Positions 20,907-31,151 of a stretch of DNA of 64,000 nt are shown one piece after another. Every line of letters begins with the position of its first letter. Position 1 is the stretch's first letter. A model generated the notes under the pieces. That model made no database searches and was not told the DNA's origin. It was given only the letters and a program-made list of their open reading frames with translations. Position numbers and translations under genes: made by a program. Location: assembly GCA_964413885.1 (NCBI GenBank), contig CAYPTU010000001.1:267005-331004 (forward strand), given 5' to 3'. Source of the stretch: an uncultured Novosphingobium sp. (lineage in GTDB: Bacteria > Pseudomonadota > Alphaproteobacteria > Sphingomonadales > Sphingomonadaceae).

Positions 20907-22287
20907 TCAGGTCCTGACCGCTGCGCAGATGCGCGATGCGGAGCAGGCGCTGATTGCAGGCGGGGTTTCCGTTGACGAGCTGATGCAGCGCGCCGGTCGC
21001 GGCGCGGCCGAATGGGTCTGGCGGCTGAGTGGCGGCCGCTCCGTCACCGTGCTCTGTGGTCCGGGCAACAACGGCGGCGATGGCTATGTCATTGCCGAGG
21101 CGATCCGCCAGCGCGGCGGCGCGGTGCAGGTAATTGCGACCATTGACCCGAAGACTGCCGCCGCACGAACCGCGCGCGGGCTTTTCCAGGGCACGGTGCT
21201 TGAGCGTAATGCCGCGGTGCAGGGCGAAGTTCTGGTCGATTGCCTGTTCGGCACCGGCCTGACCCGCCCGCTGAATATTGACGACCTCGCCTTGCTCAAT
21301 CGCCTCGCCGCCAGTCATCCGCGCCGGGTGGCGATTGACCTGCCCAGCGGGGTTCATGCCGATAATGGCCTGATGCTCAATGCGGGCCTGCCGGATTGGC
21401 ACCTGACCCTGGCCTTGGGTGCCTGGAAGCCGGCGCACTTCCTCTTGCCTGCCGCCGCGATGATGGGCGATTTGCGGCTTGTCCCGATCGGGGTCGAGCC
21501 AGTGCCGGAAGCGGCGGTGCGGATAGCGCGGCCCCATCTGTCAGCGCCGGCGGCGGATGCTCACAAGTACAAGCGCGGCCTGCTGGGCGTGATCACCGGC
21601 GCCATGCCCGGCGCGGCACTGCTGGCAGCACGAGCGGCGCAGGGGGCGGGGGCGGGCTACGTCAAGCTGCTGGGCGCAGCAGAGGGCACTCCGCCCGATC
21701 TGGTGGTCGATCTCCAGCCACTGGCTGAAGCGCTGGCCGACAGCCGCTATGCCGCGCTGCTGGTCGGGCCGGGGCTGGGCCGCAATGCTGCCGCACGAGA
21801 GGCGCTGGCGCTCGCCCTGGCCGAACCGATCCCGGCTGTGGTCGATGCCGATGCCCTGATCCTGCTCAGCCCGCACAACCTGGCCGAGCGCGAAGCCCCG
21901 GTGATCGCCACGCCCCACGATGGGGAACTCTTCGCCCTCGAACGCGCCTTCGGCCTCGATGGCTCGGGCAGCAAGGTAGCGCGGGCAGAGGCCCTGGCCC
22001 GGGCCAGCGGCATGGTCGTGGTCGCCAAGGGAGGCGATACTCTGGTCGCCGCACCCGATGGCCGGGTGGCATTTGCACCGCGCGCTTCAACCTGGCTTTC
22101 GACGGCTGGGACCGGTGACGTGCTGGCGGGAACGATCGCCAGCCGACTGGCCAACGGCGCCGCCCCCTTTGCGGCGGCCTGTGAGGGTGCTTGGATCCAT
22201 TGTGCGGCCTCGTGGCACACCTCGGTGCCGTTCAGCGCCGCGCAGCTTGCAGAGCAGATAGCAAGGGCCTACGCGGCCTGTCTGTGA
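20890..22287 (+). CDS. nnr: Bifunctional NAD(P)HX epimerase/dehydratase (YjeF/Nnr)
   Basis: LMQRAG, GPGNNGGDG, VDCLFGTG, IDLPSG, HKYKRG, GPGLG, DADAL, TPHDGE and AGTGDVLAG. Confidence 0.93.
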   Translation: MPHDPDQVLTAAQMRDAEQALIAGGVSVDELMQRAGRGAAEWVWRLSGGRSVTVLCGPGNNGGDGYVIAEAIRQRGGAVQVIATIDPKTAAARTARGLFQGTVLERNAAVQGEVLVDCLFGTGLTRPLNIDDLALLNRLAASHPRRVAIDLPSGVHADNGLMLNAGLPDWHLTLALGAWKPAHFLLPAAAMMGDLRLVPIGVEPVPEAAVRIARPHLSAPAADAHKYKRGLLGVITGAMPGAALLAARAAQGAGAGYVKLLGAAEGTPPDLVVDLQPLAEALADSRYAALLVGPGLGRNAAAREALALALAEPIPAVVDADALILLSPHNLAEREAPVIATPHDGELFALERAFGLDGSGSKVARAEALARASGMVVVAKGGDTLVAAPDGRVAFAPRASTWLSTAGTGDVLAGTIASRLANGAAPFAAACEGAWIHCAASWHTSVPFSAAQLAEQIARAYAACL

Positions 22288-23546
22288 CCGATAGCGACGA
22301 AACCATCATCCGCATTGCCGCCAAGGGCGACGGCATTACCCCTTCCGGACGCTTCGCCTGGGGCGCCGCACCGGGCGATGTCTTGCGCGCCGACGGCGCG
22401 CTGGAATGGGGCCCGCACCACGTAACCCCGCCCTGCCGCCACTTCGCGCAGTGCGGCGGTTGCCAGCTTCAGCAGCTCGATGAAGAAAGCCTGGCAGACT
22501 TCGTCGCCGCGCGGGTCAGCAATGCGTCTTCCTCGCAAGAACTCGGCGCGGAACTGATCACCCCGCCGCATCTCTCGCCGCCAGCCAGCCGCCGCCGCGC
22601 TTCGCTGCGCGCGGAAAGCAGCCAGGGCCGGGTGGTGATCGGCTTCCGCGAAGCGCGCTCGCACCGGCTGGTCGAACTGGGCGAGTGCCCGGTGCTGCGG
22701 CCCGAAATCGTCGCAATTCTGCCGGACCTGCGCAAGCTGCTGATCAAGCTGGGGCAGGGGCAAGCGCCGAAAAAGGGCAAGGGCAAGCCGGGCAAACACG
22801 CCCATGTCAAGCTGGCCGCCGATATTGAGGTGACCGTTGCCGATCAGGGGCTCGACCTTGGCATCAAGGGTCTCAGCGCCGAGGGGTTGGCTCTTACCGA
22901 GCTGTTGCTCGATTTCGCGCGGGACCATGGCCTGGCGCGGCTTACGCTGGATGCGGGGTATGGTCCGGACACGGTCTGGGAGCCGGAACCTGTAACGGTT
23001 ACGCTGTCCGGCATTGCCGTACCACTTCCGCCCGGCGCTTTCCTGCAGGCGACGGCAGACGGCGAAGCGGCGCTGGTCGGGGCAGCAAAGGAATGGCTGG
23101 CTGGCAGCGCGACCGTGGTCGACCTGTTTTCTGGCCTAGGCACCTTTGCCTTCGCGCTGGCCGGGCCGGATACCAAGGTGCTGGCGGCCGAAGCAGACCG
23201 GGCGGCGCACCTGGCCTGCAAGGCGGCGGCCGGACGCACCGGACAGCCGGTTCACAGCCTCCACCGCGATCTGTTCCGCAATCCGCTGCAAGCCGATGAA
23301 CTCAATCGCTTTGCCGCCGTCGTGCTTGATCCGCCCCGCGCAGGTGCGCGCGAACAGGTCGAGCGGATCGCCGACAGCACCGTCAGCAAGGTGGTCTACA
23401 TCAGCTGCAATCCCGCCAGCTGGGCCAAGGATGCCCGAACGCTGGTCGAAGCGGGGTATGTGCTCAAGGAACTGCGCCCGGTCGGCCAGTTCCGCTGGTC
23501 AACGCACGTCGAACTGGCGAGCCTGTTCGTGCGAGAAGACGCGTGA
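22284..23546 (+). CDS. RNA m5U methyltransferase (RlmD/TrmA family)
   Basis: PPCRHFAQCGGCQLQ (Fe-S), FLQAT, VDLFSGLGTF, LDPPRAG and YISCNP. Confidence 0.9.
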   Translation: MTDSDETIIRIAAKGDGITPSGRFAWGAAPGDVLRADGALEWGPHHVTPPCRHFAQCGGCQLQQLDEESLADFVAARVSNASSSQELGAELITPPHLSPPASRRRASLRAESSQGRVVIGFREARSHRLVELGECPVLRPEIVAILPDLRKLLIKLGQGQAPKKGKGKPGKHAHVKLAADIEVTVADQGLDLGIKGLSAEGLALTELLLDFARDHGLARLTLDAGYGPDTVWEPEPVTVTLSGIAVPLPPGAFLQATADGEAALVGAAKEWLAGSATVVDLFSGLGTFAFALAGPDTKVLAAEADRAAHLACKAAAGRTGQPVHSLHRDLFRNPLQADELNRFAAVVLDPPRAGAREQVERIADSTVSKVVYISCNPASWAKDARTLVEAGYVLKELRPVGQFRWSTHVELASLFVREDA

Positions 23547-23860
23547 TGAAGTTCTTCGTGGTGACCATGACCCACCCGGACGGCCCTGGCTGGGGCGAGC
23601 ATGTGATGCCGCACGTTGAATATCTCAACGGGCTGATTGCCCAGGGCAAGCTGCGCGCCTCTGGCCCGGTGGTGGGCAGTTCGCTGCGCGCGGGCCTGTT
23701 GATTTTCACGGTGCAGGACAGGGCCGAACTGGATGCGCTGATTGCGGCGGATCCGTTCGCGATTGAAGGCCTGATCGAGGAACTGATCGTGACCGAATGG
23801 AACCCGCTGTTTGGTGCCTTCGCTGCCGAAGCCGCGCCTTACGCACCACCGGCCAACTAG
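23543..23860 (+). CDS. YciI family protein
   Basis: HVEYL...G.LRASGP and LIAADPF pattern. Confidence 0.75.
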   Translation: MMKFFVVTMTHPDGPGWGEHVMPHVEYLNGLIAQGKLRASGPVVGSSLRAGLLIFTVQDRAELDALIAADPFAIEGLIEELIVTEWNPLFGAFAAEAAPYAPPAN

Positions 23861-23870
23861 CGCGGCCTGC

Positions 23871-23906
23871 CAAAAGCAAATGGGGCCGGTGTCGCCACCA
23901 GCCCCA
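23871..23906 (-). terminator. Intrinsic terminator of a leftward (minus-strand) transcript
   Basis: Minus strand: TGGGGCTGGTG-GCGA-CACCGGCCCCA followed by TTTGCTTTT. No U-tract on the plus side. Confidence 0.8.
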
Positions 23907-24495
23907 CGCTACGCCTTCTGCGGTTCCAGGCGAGTTGGGCGATCGCCGTTCCGGGGTTTTCGTGAACAGTTGAGCCGCGGTGATGCGTTTCGGTCACCTC
24001 GCGTGCCATCGCACCGTGAGTGCGATTGCCTTTAGGGACTTGGCATCGTGATGCTCGTCGCATCGGGCCTGTTCCGCCGGGCCGAAGCCTGGCTTCACAC
24101 ACTGTCTCGCACATTCCGGCTGGCTCCAAAGAGCCGGCGCTCATCGCCCGGTATCGCTCCCGGCGTCCGGTCCCGTCAGGCGGTTGGTTCCGGCCCGAAA
24201 GCCTTTCCCATTCCGCCTGGCGGTTCCGAAGCTGCTTCCCGCCCGCCGTTCCGACTTTCCGTCTGCCTGACCGAAGCCACGCTTTCCATCTGCCTTCCCG
24301 ACTGCTGCGAAACAGCCTTCCTGACTGCGCGCCGCTCGCTGCATCTGCGGTTCGCGTGAGTGGCTCCGAAGAGCTTTTCCCGCGTGTTTTCCGACACTGC
24401 TGCGGGCATCGCTGCCAGCATCTGAAGGTTATGTTTTCCCCATTCCTTTCAGCGGTTTCCCACCGGAAGTTCAGGTTCGGTTTAACCTCCCGACA
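23871..24495 (-). ncRNA. Candidate large (~620 nt) structured noncoding RNA, family unrecognised
   Basis: No protein-like ORF. Multiple UUCG/UUUG tetraloop hairpins in minus orientation, about 19 GGAA motifs, an intrinsic terminator, and an upstream sigma70-like promoter. The 5' end is inferred from the promoter. Confidence 0.7.
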
Positions 24496-24500
24496 CCTGA

Positions 24501-24529
24501 AAGCTGCGCCCCAATCCTGAGTCGCACAA
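24501..24529 (-). promoter_or_regulatory. Putative sigma70 promoter with a GANTC (CcrM) site in the spacer
   Basis: Minus strand: TTGTGC (24529-24524), 17-nt spacer, CAGCTT (24506-24501). GAGTC at 24519-24523 lies within TGAGTCG. Confidence 0.55.
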
Positions 24530-24545
24530 GCTGGAAAATGCGGAG

Positions 24546-24578
24546 TTATCCACAGACGCCATGTTTGGCGGTGGATAA
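24546..24578. promoter_or_regulatory. Pair of inverted DnaA boxes
   Basis: Perfect TTATCCACA at 24546-24554. GGTGGATAA at 24570-24578 is TTATCCACC on the minus strand (1 mismatch). Confidence 0.7.
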
Positions 24579-24629
24579 CCCGGCCCTTGCAGTGGACAGA
24601 TTTGAGCCGCGCCTCGCCAGCGCGGATTT

Positions 24630-25844
<1,215 letters not shown>

Positions 25845-25908
25845 TGACTGAGACTCCCGCTGGAATTGCGGGGGCGCGGCTAGCAGGTGGGGGGGCTGGG
25901 TGCAACCG

Positions 25909-27183
25909 CTACTCGGCCGCGGCGCGCTCCAGGTGCCAGACCGGGGTGGCTTCGGCAGCCGCAAGCCGTGCCGCTTCGGCCGTGATGTAATCGCGTGTCA
26001 GCGGCAGCACGCCTGCGCGCTTCGTGGCCTGGACGTGGAAGTTGACCATCGAGCCATTGCGAAAGCCCTGTTCGGCGCCGACCAGATAGAACTGCCACAT
26101 GCGGTAGAAACGCGCGTCGAACATCGCCTCGATCTCGGTGCGGTGCAGGCCCGCCCGCCGATACCATTCGGCCAGTGTCCAAGCATAATGCATCCGCAAT
26201 TCTTCAATGTCCGCGATCTTCCACCCGGTCTGCTCATGCGCGATGGCGAGGTCGCTGACGCAGGGCAGATAGTGGCCGGGAAAGATGTATTTGCGCACCC
26301 AGGCATCGGTCGCGCCGGACATACCCGGTTTGCCGATGGCGTGGGTCAGCATCACGCCGCCATCGGCCAGCAGGCCAAAGGTTTTGCCGAAATATTCCTC
26401 GTAATGCGGCTTCCCGAGGTGTTCGATCATCCCGATCGAGCTGATCCGGTCAAACGTGCCGGTCACATCGCGATAGTCGATCAGTTCAAACTTCACCTTG
26501 TCGGCTACGCCTGCCGCTTCGGCACGCTCATTGGCGAACTTGACCTGGTCTGGCGCCAGGCTGACGCCGAGCACTTCGCAGCCGTAATGCTTGTTCAGGA
26601 ATAGCCCGAACCCGCCCCAGCCGCAGCCGATATCGAGTACGCGGAGATGACTGGCATCGCGCGGCAGGTTGAGTTTCGCCGAGATCAGGGCCTTTTTGTC
26701 CACCTGCGCCTGCTCCAGCGAGTTTGCCGGATCGGTGAAATAGGCCATCGAGTACATCCGGTCCTCATCGAGGAACAGTTCATAGAACTCGCGCGTCAGG
26801 CCATAGTGGTGGACCACGTTCTTACTGGCGCGGCTGCGGTAATTGATCTGATCCAGCCGCGATCCCAGCCGGTCAAACAGCTTGCGGGCCGGGCTGGGCG
26901 GCTTGAGCGAGCCGCCCGATCTAGCGGCATTGGCCATGACCAGCAGCACCATGTCGCGGATATCATGCGGTGGCTCCACGACCAGCCGGCCATCGGTATA
27001 GGCTTCACCCGCACCCAGCCGCGGATTGCGGGCGATAGTGATCGCGGCGCGCCGGTCAGTCAGCCGGATGGTAACCGGATCGCAAGCCAGATCGCCATAG
27101 CGATGCTCGCTGCCGTCATGATCGATAATCCGCAGCTGACCTTGCCGGATCAGCGCCCGCAGCATTTTGTCCAGCAGCCACAT
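25909..27183 (-). CDS. Cyclopropane-fatty-acyl-phospholipid synthase family methyltransferase
   Basis: [43 protein letters not shown] and FYRMWQFYL. Confidence 0.9.
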   Translation of the reverse strand: MWLLDKMLRALIRQGQLRIIDHDGSEHRYGDLACDPVTIRLTDRRAAITIARNPRLGAGEAYTDGRLVVEPPHDIRDMVLLVMANAARSGGSLKPPSPARKLFDRLGSRLDQINYRSRASKNVVHHYGLTREFYELFLDEDRMYSMAYFTDPANSLEQAQVDKKALISAKLNLPRDASHLRVLDIGCGWGGFGLFLNKHYGCEVLGVSLAPDQVKFANERAEAAGVADKVKFELIDYRDVTGTFDRISSIGMIEHLGKPHYEEYFGKTFGLLADGGVMLTHAIGKPGMSGATDAWVRKYIFPGHYLPCVSDLAIAHEQTGWKIADIEELRMHYAWTLAEWYRRAGLHRTEIEAMFDARFYRMWQFYLVGAEQGFRNGSMVNFHVQATKRAGVLPLTRDYITAEAARLAAAEATPVWHLERAAAE

Positions 27184-27222
27184 GGGGGAAAGACTATGCT
27201 TTTTTCCCAGTGGTGCAATCCC

Positions 27223-27804
27223 CTATTTGCCGAGTAGTCCCGCAACTTCGGCCAGCTGCCACAGGCCCAGGATCAGGAACAGCAGCGCAGCGATGGTGCG
27301 GGTCAGCTTCAGCGAGACCTTCTCGACCAGCTTTTCGCCCAGGAACACGGCCGGGCCATTGGCCAGCATCATGCCCAGCGTGGTTCCAGCGGCCACAACG
27401 AGCACCGAATGATACTGGGCGCCCAGCGCAATCGTCGCCACTTGGGTCTTGTCACCCATTTCCACCAGGAAGAATGCCACCAGCGTTGTCAGGAAGGCAC
27501 CGCCGCGCTGGGTGACGCTGTCTTCGTCATCGTCGAGCTTGTCTGGTACAAGCGTCCAGGCCGCCATAGCGATGAAGCCCAACGCCACCGCGGTCCGGAA
27601 CCAGGGAGCGTCAAGCAGCCCGGCAACCTGACTGCCCACCAAAGCCGCCAGGGCATGGTTGGCCATGGTCGCCACAAGGATGCCCAGTAGGATCGGCACG
27701 GGAGCACGCAAGCGGGCCGCCAGCACGATCGCCAGCAGCATGGTCTTGTCGCCAATTTCGGCAAGCGCGACGACGGCGGTCGACGCAAAGAAAGCTTCGA
27801 GCAT
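27223..27804 (-). CDS. TMEM165/GDT1 (UPF0016) family cation exporter
   Basis: Two E-x-G-D-K-T motifs (EIGDKT and EMGDKTQ); hydrophobic. Confidence 0.92.
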   Translation of the reverse strand: MLEAFFASTAVVALAEIGDKTMLLAIVLAARLRAPVPILLGILVATMANHALAALVGSQVAGLLDAPWFRTAVALGFIAMAAWTLVPDKLDDDEDSVTQRGGAFLTTLVAFFLVEMGDKTQVATIALGAQYHSVLVVAAGTTLGMMLANGPAVFLGEKLVEKVSLKLTRTIAALLFLILGLWQLAEVAGLLGK

Positions 27805-28574
27805 TACAATCCTCTGGCCATGAAGAGCACGTCGCGCGGCTGCGCGAGCAGGTGCTGTCCGGAATCGATGTATAGCGTTTCGCCGCTGGTGGTCCAGCCT
27901 TGGGCCAGGAACAGCGCGGCGTCGGCCAGTTCCTGCGGGTCAGTGAGGCGCTGCAGCAGGTTCATTCGTCCGCTGGCTTCGTGCTCCTCTTCGTGCTGAT
28001 CAAAGCTGGGCATCATGGCGCCGGGTGCCAAGCCATAGACCCGCGTGGCCGGATCGTCCTGCGCCATGGCGAGCATCGCCACGCTGGAGGCGAAGGCCTG
28101 CTTGGCCATGGTATAGCTGAAGAAATCCGGGTTCGGATTGAGCAGCTTCTGATCAAGAAACTGGATAACCCGCTTGCCGCCCTTGGCGCGGGCTTGGGCC
28201 AGGAATGCCTGGGCCATCCGGGTGGGGGTTTCCGCATTGACTGTGATGGCTTCGGCAAAGACACTAGGATCGATCGCGGTGCCATCATCGTAACGGAACA
28301 CGGCGGCGCAATTGATCAGCATGCGCCAATCGTCGAGCCGACCCGCGACATCCGCGATCATGTGCAGGGCGGCATCGCCATCGAGGAGGTCGCACTGGAC
28401 CACTTCGGCAGAGGGTAGGTCTTCCGCTAGCGCATAGGCTGCGTCGGGCGAATGGTGGACGTGGATTACCACGTGCCAGCCAGCCGCGCCAAAGGCCCGG
28501 GCCAGCACGGCACCAATGCGCTTGCCAGCGCCAGTTATGAGGACGGCCGGGGGCATGTGGCATTCCCTATGCAC
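27804..28574 (-). CDS. SDR family oxidoreductase (pteridine reductase-like)
   Basis: ITGAGKRIG, LINCA, QFLDQK and SYTMAK (YxxxK). Start probably at 28556. Confidence 0.85.
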   Translation of the reverse strand: MHRECHMPPAVLITGAGKRIGAVLARAFGAAGWHVVIHVHHSPDAAYALAEDLPSAEVVQCDLLDGDAALHMIADVAGRLDDWRMLINCAAVFRYDDGTAIDPSVFAEAITVNAETPTRMAQAFLAQARAKGGKRVIQFLDQKLLNPNPDFFSYTMAKQAFASSVAMLAMAQDDPATRVYGLAPGAMMPSFDQHEEEHEASGRMNLLQRLTDPQELADAALFLAQGWTTSGETLYIDSGQHLLAQPRDVLFMARGL

Positions 28575-28607
28575 ACCCGGCCGCTGTGGGCAAAGGGTAA
28601 GTTCACC

Positions 28608-28961
28608 TTAGCGGCATCGCGTCGGGCCGCGCGCGAACTCGTTGCCGATAAAGGCGCCAGCGGCGGCGCCCAGGATTGTGCCGGTTGCGCGTTCGCCGCG
28701 GGTGTCGATTGCCCTGCCCAGCAAGGCTCCCAGAACGGCACCGGCCAGCAGGCCAACGGTGCCGTCACCGCGTCGACAGTAATAGCGGCCGTCATTACCG
28801 CGCCAATAGCGGACGCCGTTCTGGGTCTCGCGATAGGCGATATGGCCATGCTTGGCGCGGTAGCCATGGGCCGGGGCCCAGCGCGGCGGATCGGCAAAGG
28901 CAGAGGCGGCGGGCAGAGTGGTGGCGACCAGCGTGGCTGCGATCAGCGTTTTGCGAAACAT
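28608..28961 (-). CDS. Secreted glycine-zipper 2TM domain protein
   Basis: Signal peptide, PPRWAPAHGYR, WRGNDGRYYCRR.DGTVGLLAGAVLGALLG and GTILGAAAGAFIG. RBS AGGAG. Confidence 0.8.
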   Translation of the reverse strand: MFRKTLIAATLVATTLPAASAFADPPRWAPAHGYRAKHGHIAYRETQNGVRYWRGNDGRYYCRRGDGTVGLLAGAVLGALLGRAIDTRGERATGTILGAAAGAFIGNEFARGPTRCR

Positions 28962-29072
28962 CGGCATTCTCCTGTTCTTGCGAAACTGCTGGAGAAAGCC
29001 TCTAACTTTTAACCTGAACTGCAGATTTCACACCCTGTTGAGCCGTGGCAGCCGCAAGGCCAACTGCCAAAA

Positions 29073-30317
29073 TCAGCCAAGCGCTGCCTGTTTTTCTTCG
29101 GCCAGGCGGTCTAGCTCGGCGCGGCTCAGCTTCTGCGCGGTGGTCTTCAGCTGACCACAGGCCGCATCGATATCGCGCCCGCGCGGGGTGCGCACCGGCG
29201 CGCTGATCCCAGCTTCGAAGACGATCTCGGAGAAGCGCTTGATCCGCTCGGGCGTAGAGCATTCATAGATCGCGCCCGGCCAGGGGTTGAACGGGATCAG
29301 GTTGACCTTGGCCGGCAGCTTATACTGTTTGATCAGGCGGACCAGCTCGCGCGCGTGCTCGTCGGTGTCATTCTTGTCCTTCAGCATCACATATTCAAAG
29401 GTGATGCGACGGGCATTGCTGGCACCCGGGTAGTCGGCGCAGGCCTGCAGCAATTCCTCAAGACCGTACTTGCGGTTGATCGGTACGATTTCGTCACGGA
29501 TGTCCTTGGTCACCGCGTGGAGCGAGACTGCCAGGTTCACCCCGATTTCCTCACCACATTTGGCCATCATCGGCACGACGCCGCTGGTGGAAAGGGTGAT
29601 CCGGCGCTTCGACAGGGCCAGGCCATCGCCGTCCATCACCAGCTTCAGCGCATCGCGGACATTGTCGAAGTTGTAGAGCGGCTCGCCCATGCCCATCATC
29701 ACGATGTTGGTCAGCAGGCGCCCGTCGGAGGAATAGCCGCCGTCATCATCGACCATATCATCGCCCAGCGCGGCAAGATCAGCCTGACCGGCCTTGGGCC
29801 ATTCGCCCAGCGTATCGCGTGCCAGCATGACCTGACCCACGATCTCGCCCGGGGTCAGGTTGCGGACCAGCCGCATCGTGCCGGTGTGGCAGAACCGGCA
29901 GTTGAGCGTGCAGCCCACCTGGCTGGAAACGCACAGGGTGCCGCGATCGGCATCGGGAATGAAGACCATTTCGAATTCATGGTCATCAGCCGTCTTGAGC
30001 AGCCACTTGCGGGTACCGTCGCTGGAATGCTGGCTCAGCACGATTTCCGGGCGGCCGATAACAAAGCGTTCGGCCAGCCACGGGCGCATGGTCTTGGCGA
30101 TGTCGGTCATCGCCTCGAAATCGGTCACGCCGCGGTGATAGAGCCAGTGGAACACCTGCTTGGCGCGCAGCTTGGCAGCCTTGGCATCAAGACCGGCACT
30201 TTCGAACAGTTCGGCAATCCGCTGCTTCGGCAGACCGATCAGGTCAACGCGGCCGTCCTCGCGCGGGGTGATGTCGCGAGCGACGGGAACGGGATCGATG
30301 AGGCCGGGAATCTGCAT
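29073..30317 (-). CDS. rlmN: 23S rRNA/tRNA m2A methyltransferase RlmN
   Basis: [49 protein letters not shown] and DAACGQL. Start uncertain (30317-30353). Confidence 0.95.
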   Translation of the reverse strand: MQIPGLIDPVPVARDITPREDGRVDLIGLPKQRIAELFESAGLDAKAAKLRAKQVFHWLYHRGVTDFEAMTDIAKTMRPWLAERFVIGRPEIVLSQHSSDGTRKWLLKTADDHEFEMVFIPDADRGTLCVSSQVGCTLNCRFCHTGTMRLVRNLTPGEIVGQVMLARDTLGEWPKAGQADLAALGDDMVDDDGGYSSDGRLLTNIVMMGMGEPLYNFDNVRDALKLVMDGDGLALSKRRITLSTSGVVPMMAKCGEEIGVNLAVSLHAVTKDIRDEIVPINRKYGLEELLQACADYPGASNARRITFEYVMLKDKNDTDEHARELVRLIKQYKLPAKVNLIPFNPWPGAIYECSTPERIKRFSEIVFEAGISAPVRTPRGRDIDAACGQLKTTAQKLSRAELDRLAEEKQAALG

Positions 30318-30481
30318 GGCGCGCGATATAGGGAACATGGCCCGAAAGCGCAAAGGCGCTGGCCTGGGGTGCCCTGCCGTGCCGGGGGCTCTGCCCGTCC
30401 CGTCCGGCGAAACCTTAGCCGTTTAGCGATCTTCCACTCTTTGCCCCGCAAACGAAGGGCGCAACAGGTTGGAGATTGCAC

Positions 30482-31144
30482 ATGAAAAAGATCCTCGCAG
30501 CACTCGCGGTCGGCGCCATCGTGCCGGCCTGCCCGGCACTGGCGCAGGATGCCCGGGCGACGTTCACCGGTCCGCGTGTCGAAGCCACGGTCGGCTGGGA
30601 CAAGAGCCGATCCGGCAGCTCGGTCGATGACGACACCACGCGCGACCTTGATCAGTCGATCAACGGCATCGTTTATGGCGGCGGGGTCGGGTTCGACGTA
30701 GCCTTGGGCGACGCCCTGGTGGTTGGCGCCGAGGCCGAACTGACTGATAGCACCGCCGATGCCGATAACGATGGTGTCCCCAACACCTTCAACCTGGGCC
30801 GGGTGGAAGCGGGCCGCGATATCTATGTTGGCGCCCGGGCTGGCTTCATCCTTGGCAATAACATGCTGGTCTATGCCAAGGGCGGCTACACCAACGCCCG
30901 CTTCAATCTGGTGGGGACAGATGGCACCGTCGATCTCAATCAGCGGCTCGACACCGATGGCTGGCGCCTTGGCGCGGGGGTTGAAACGGCGATTGGCGAA
31001 AATGCCTTTGCCAAGATCGAATATCGCTATTCGAACTATAATGAGGCTGAAACCGACTTTAACGGCACCACGCCGGATTCAAGCCGGTTCCGGATTGATA
31101 CCGATCGCCATCAGGTTGTCGCCAGCGTGGGCTTGCGGTTCTGA
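30482..31144 (+). CDS. Outer-membrane beta-barrel protein (Omp25/OmpW-like porin family)
   Basis: Signal peptide, alternating beta-strand pattern and a C-terminal Phe (VGLRF). Confidence 0.85.
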   Translation: MKKILAALAVGAIVPACPALAQDARATFTGPRVEATVGWDKSRSGSSVDDDTTRDLDQSINGIVYGGGVGFDVALGDALVVGAEAELTDSTADADNDGVPNTFNLGRVEAGRDIYVGARAGFILGNNMLVYAKGGYTNARFNLVGTDGTVDLNQRLDTDGWRLGAGVETAIGENAFAKIEYRYSNYNEAETDFNGTTPDSSRFRIDTDRHQVVASVGLRF

Positions 31145-31151
31145 TTGCCCG

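Noticed and set aside
24486-24491. GGGAGG at the 5' end of the large RNA pairing with the CCUCCUCCC sRNA at 53613-53621
   Set aside because: Only a single 6-nt match, which is expected by chance. It is too weak to claim a sponge-target pair.
23871-24495. Assignment of the large RNA to tmRNA, RNase P, SRP, 6S or a group II intron
   Set aside because: Fragments such as GGAAAGUC and GGAAGCAGC occur, but the full signatures do not: no tRNA-like CCA end or tag frame, no GAGGAAAGUCC/P4, no CAGGUCCGGAAGGAAGCAGC loop, no domain V. Rfam must still be run.
23857-24520. ORFs of 67-166 aa inside the ncRNA candidate
   Set aside because: Scattered over several frames on both strands, no convincing RBS, low-information composition, and hairpins with strand-specific tetraloops that argue for RNA-level selection.
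24540-24600. DnaA boxes as a possible replication origin
   Set aside because: Only two boxes, no AT-rich unwinding element, no cluster of CtrA sites, and no origin-associated genes nearby. A regulatory role is more plausible.
29700-29800. Acidic insertion in RlmN (and the Lys/Gly insertion in the RlmD-like protein near 22750-22810)
   Set aside because: Short in-frame low-complexity loops without intein or mobile-element motifs; probably lineage-specific surface loops.
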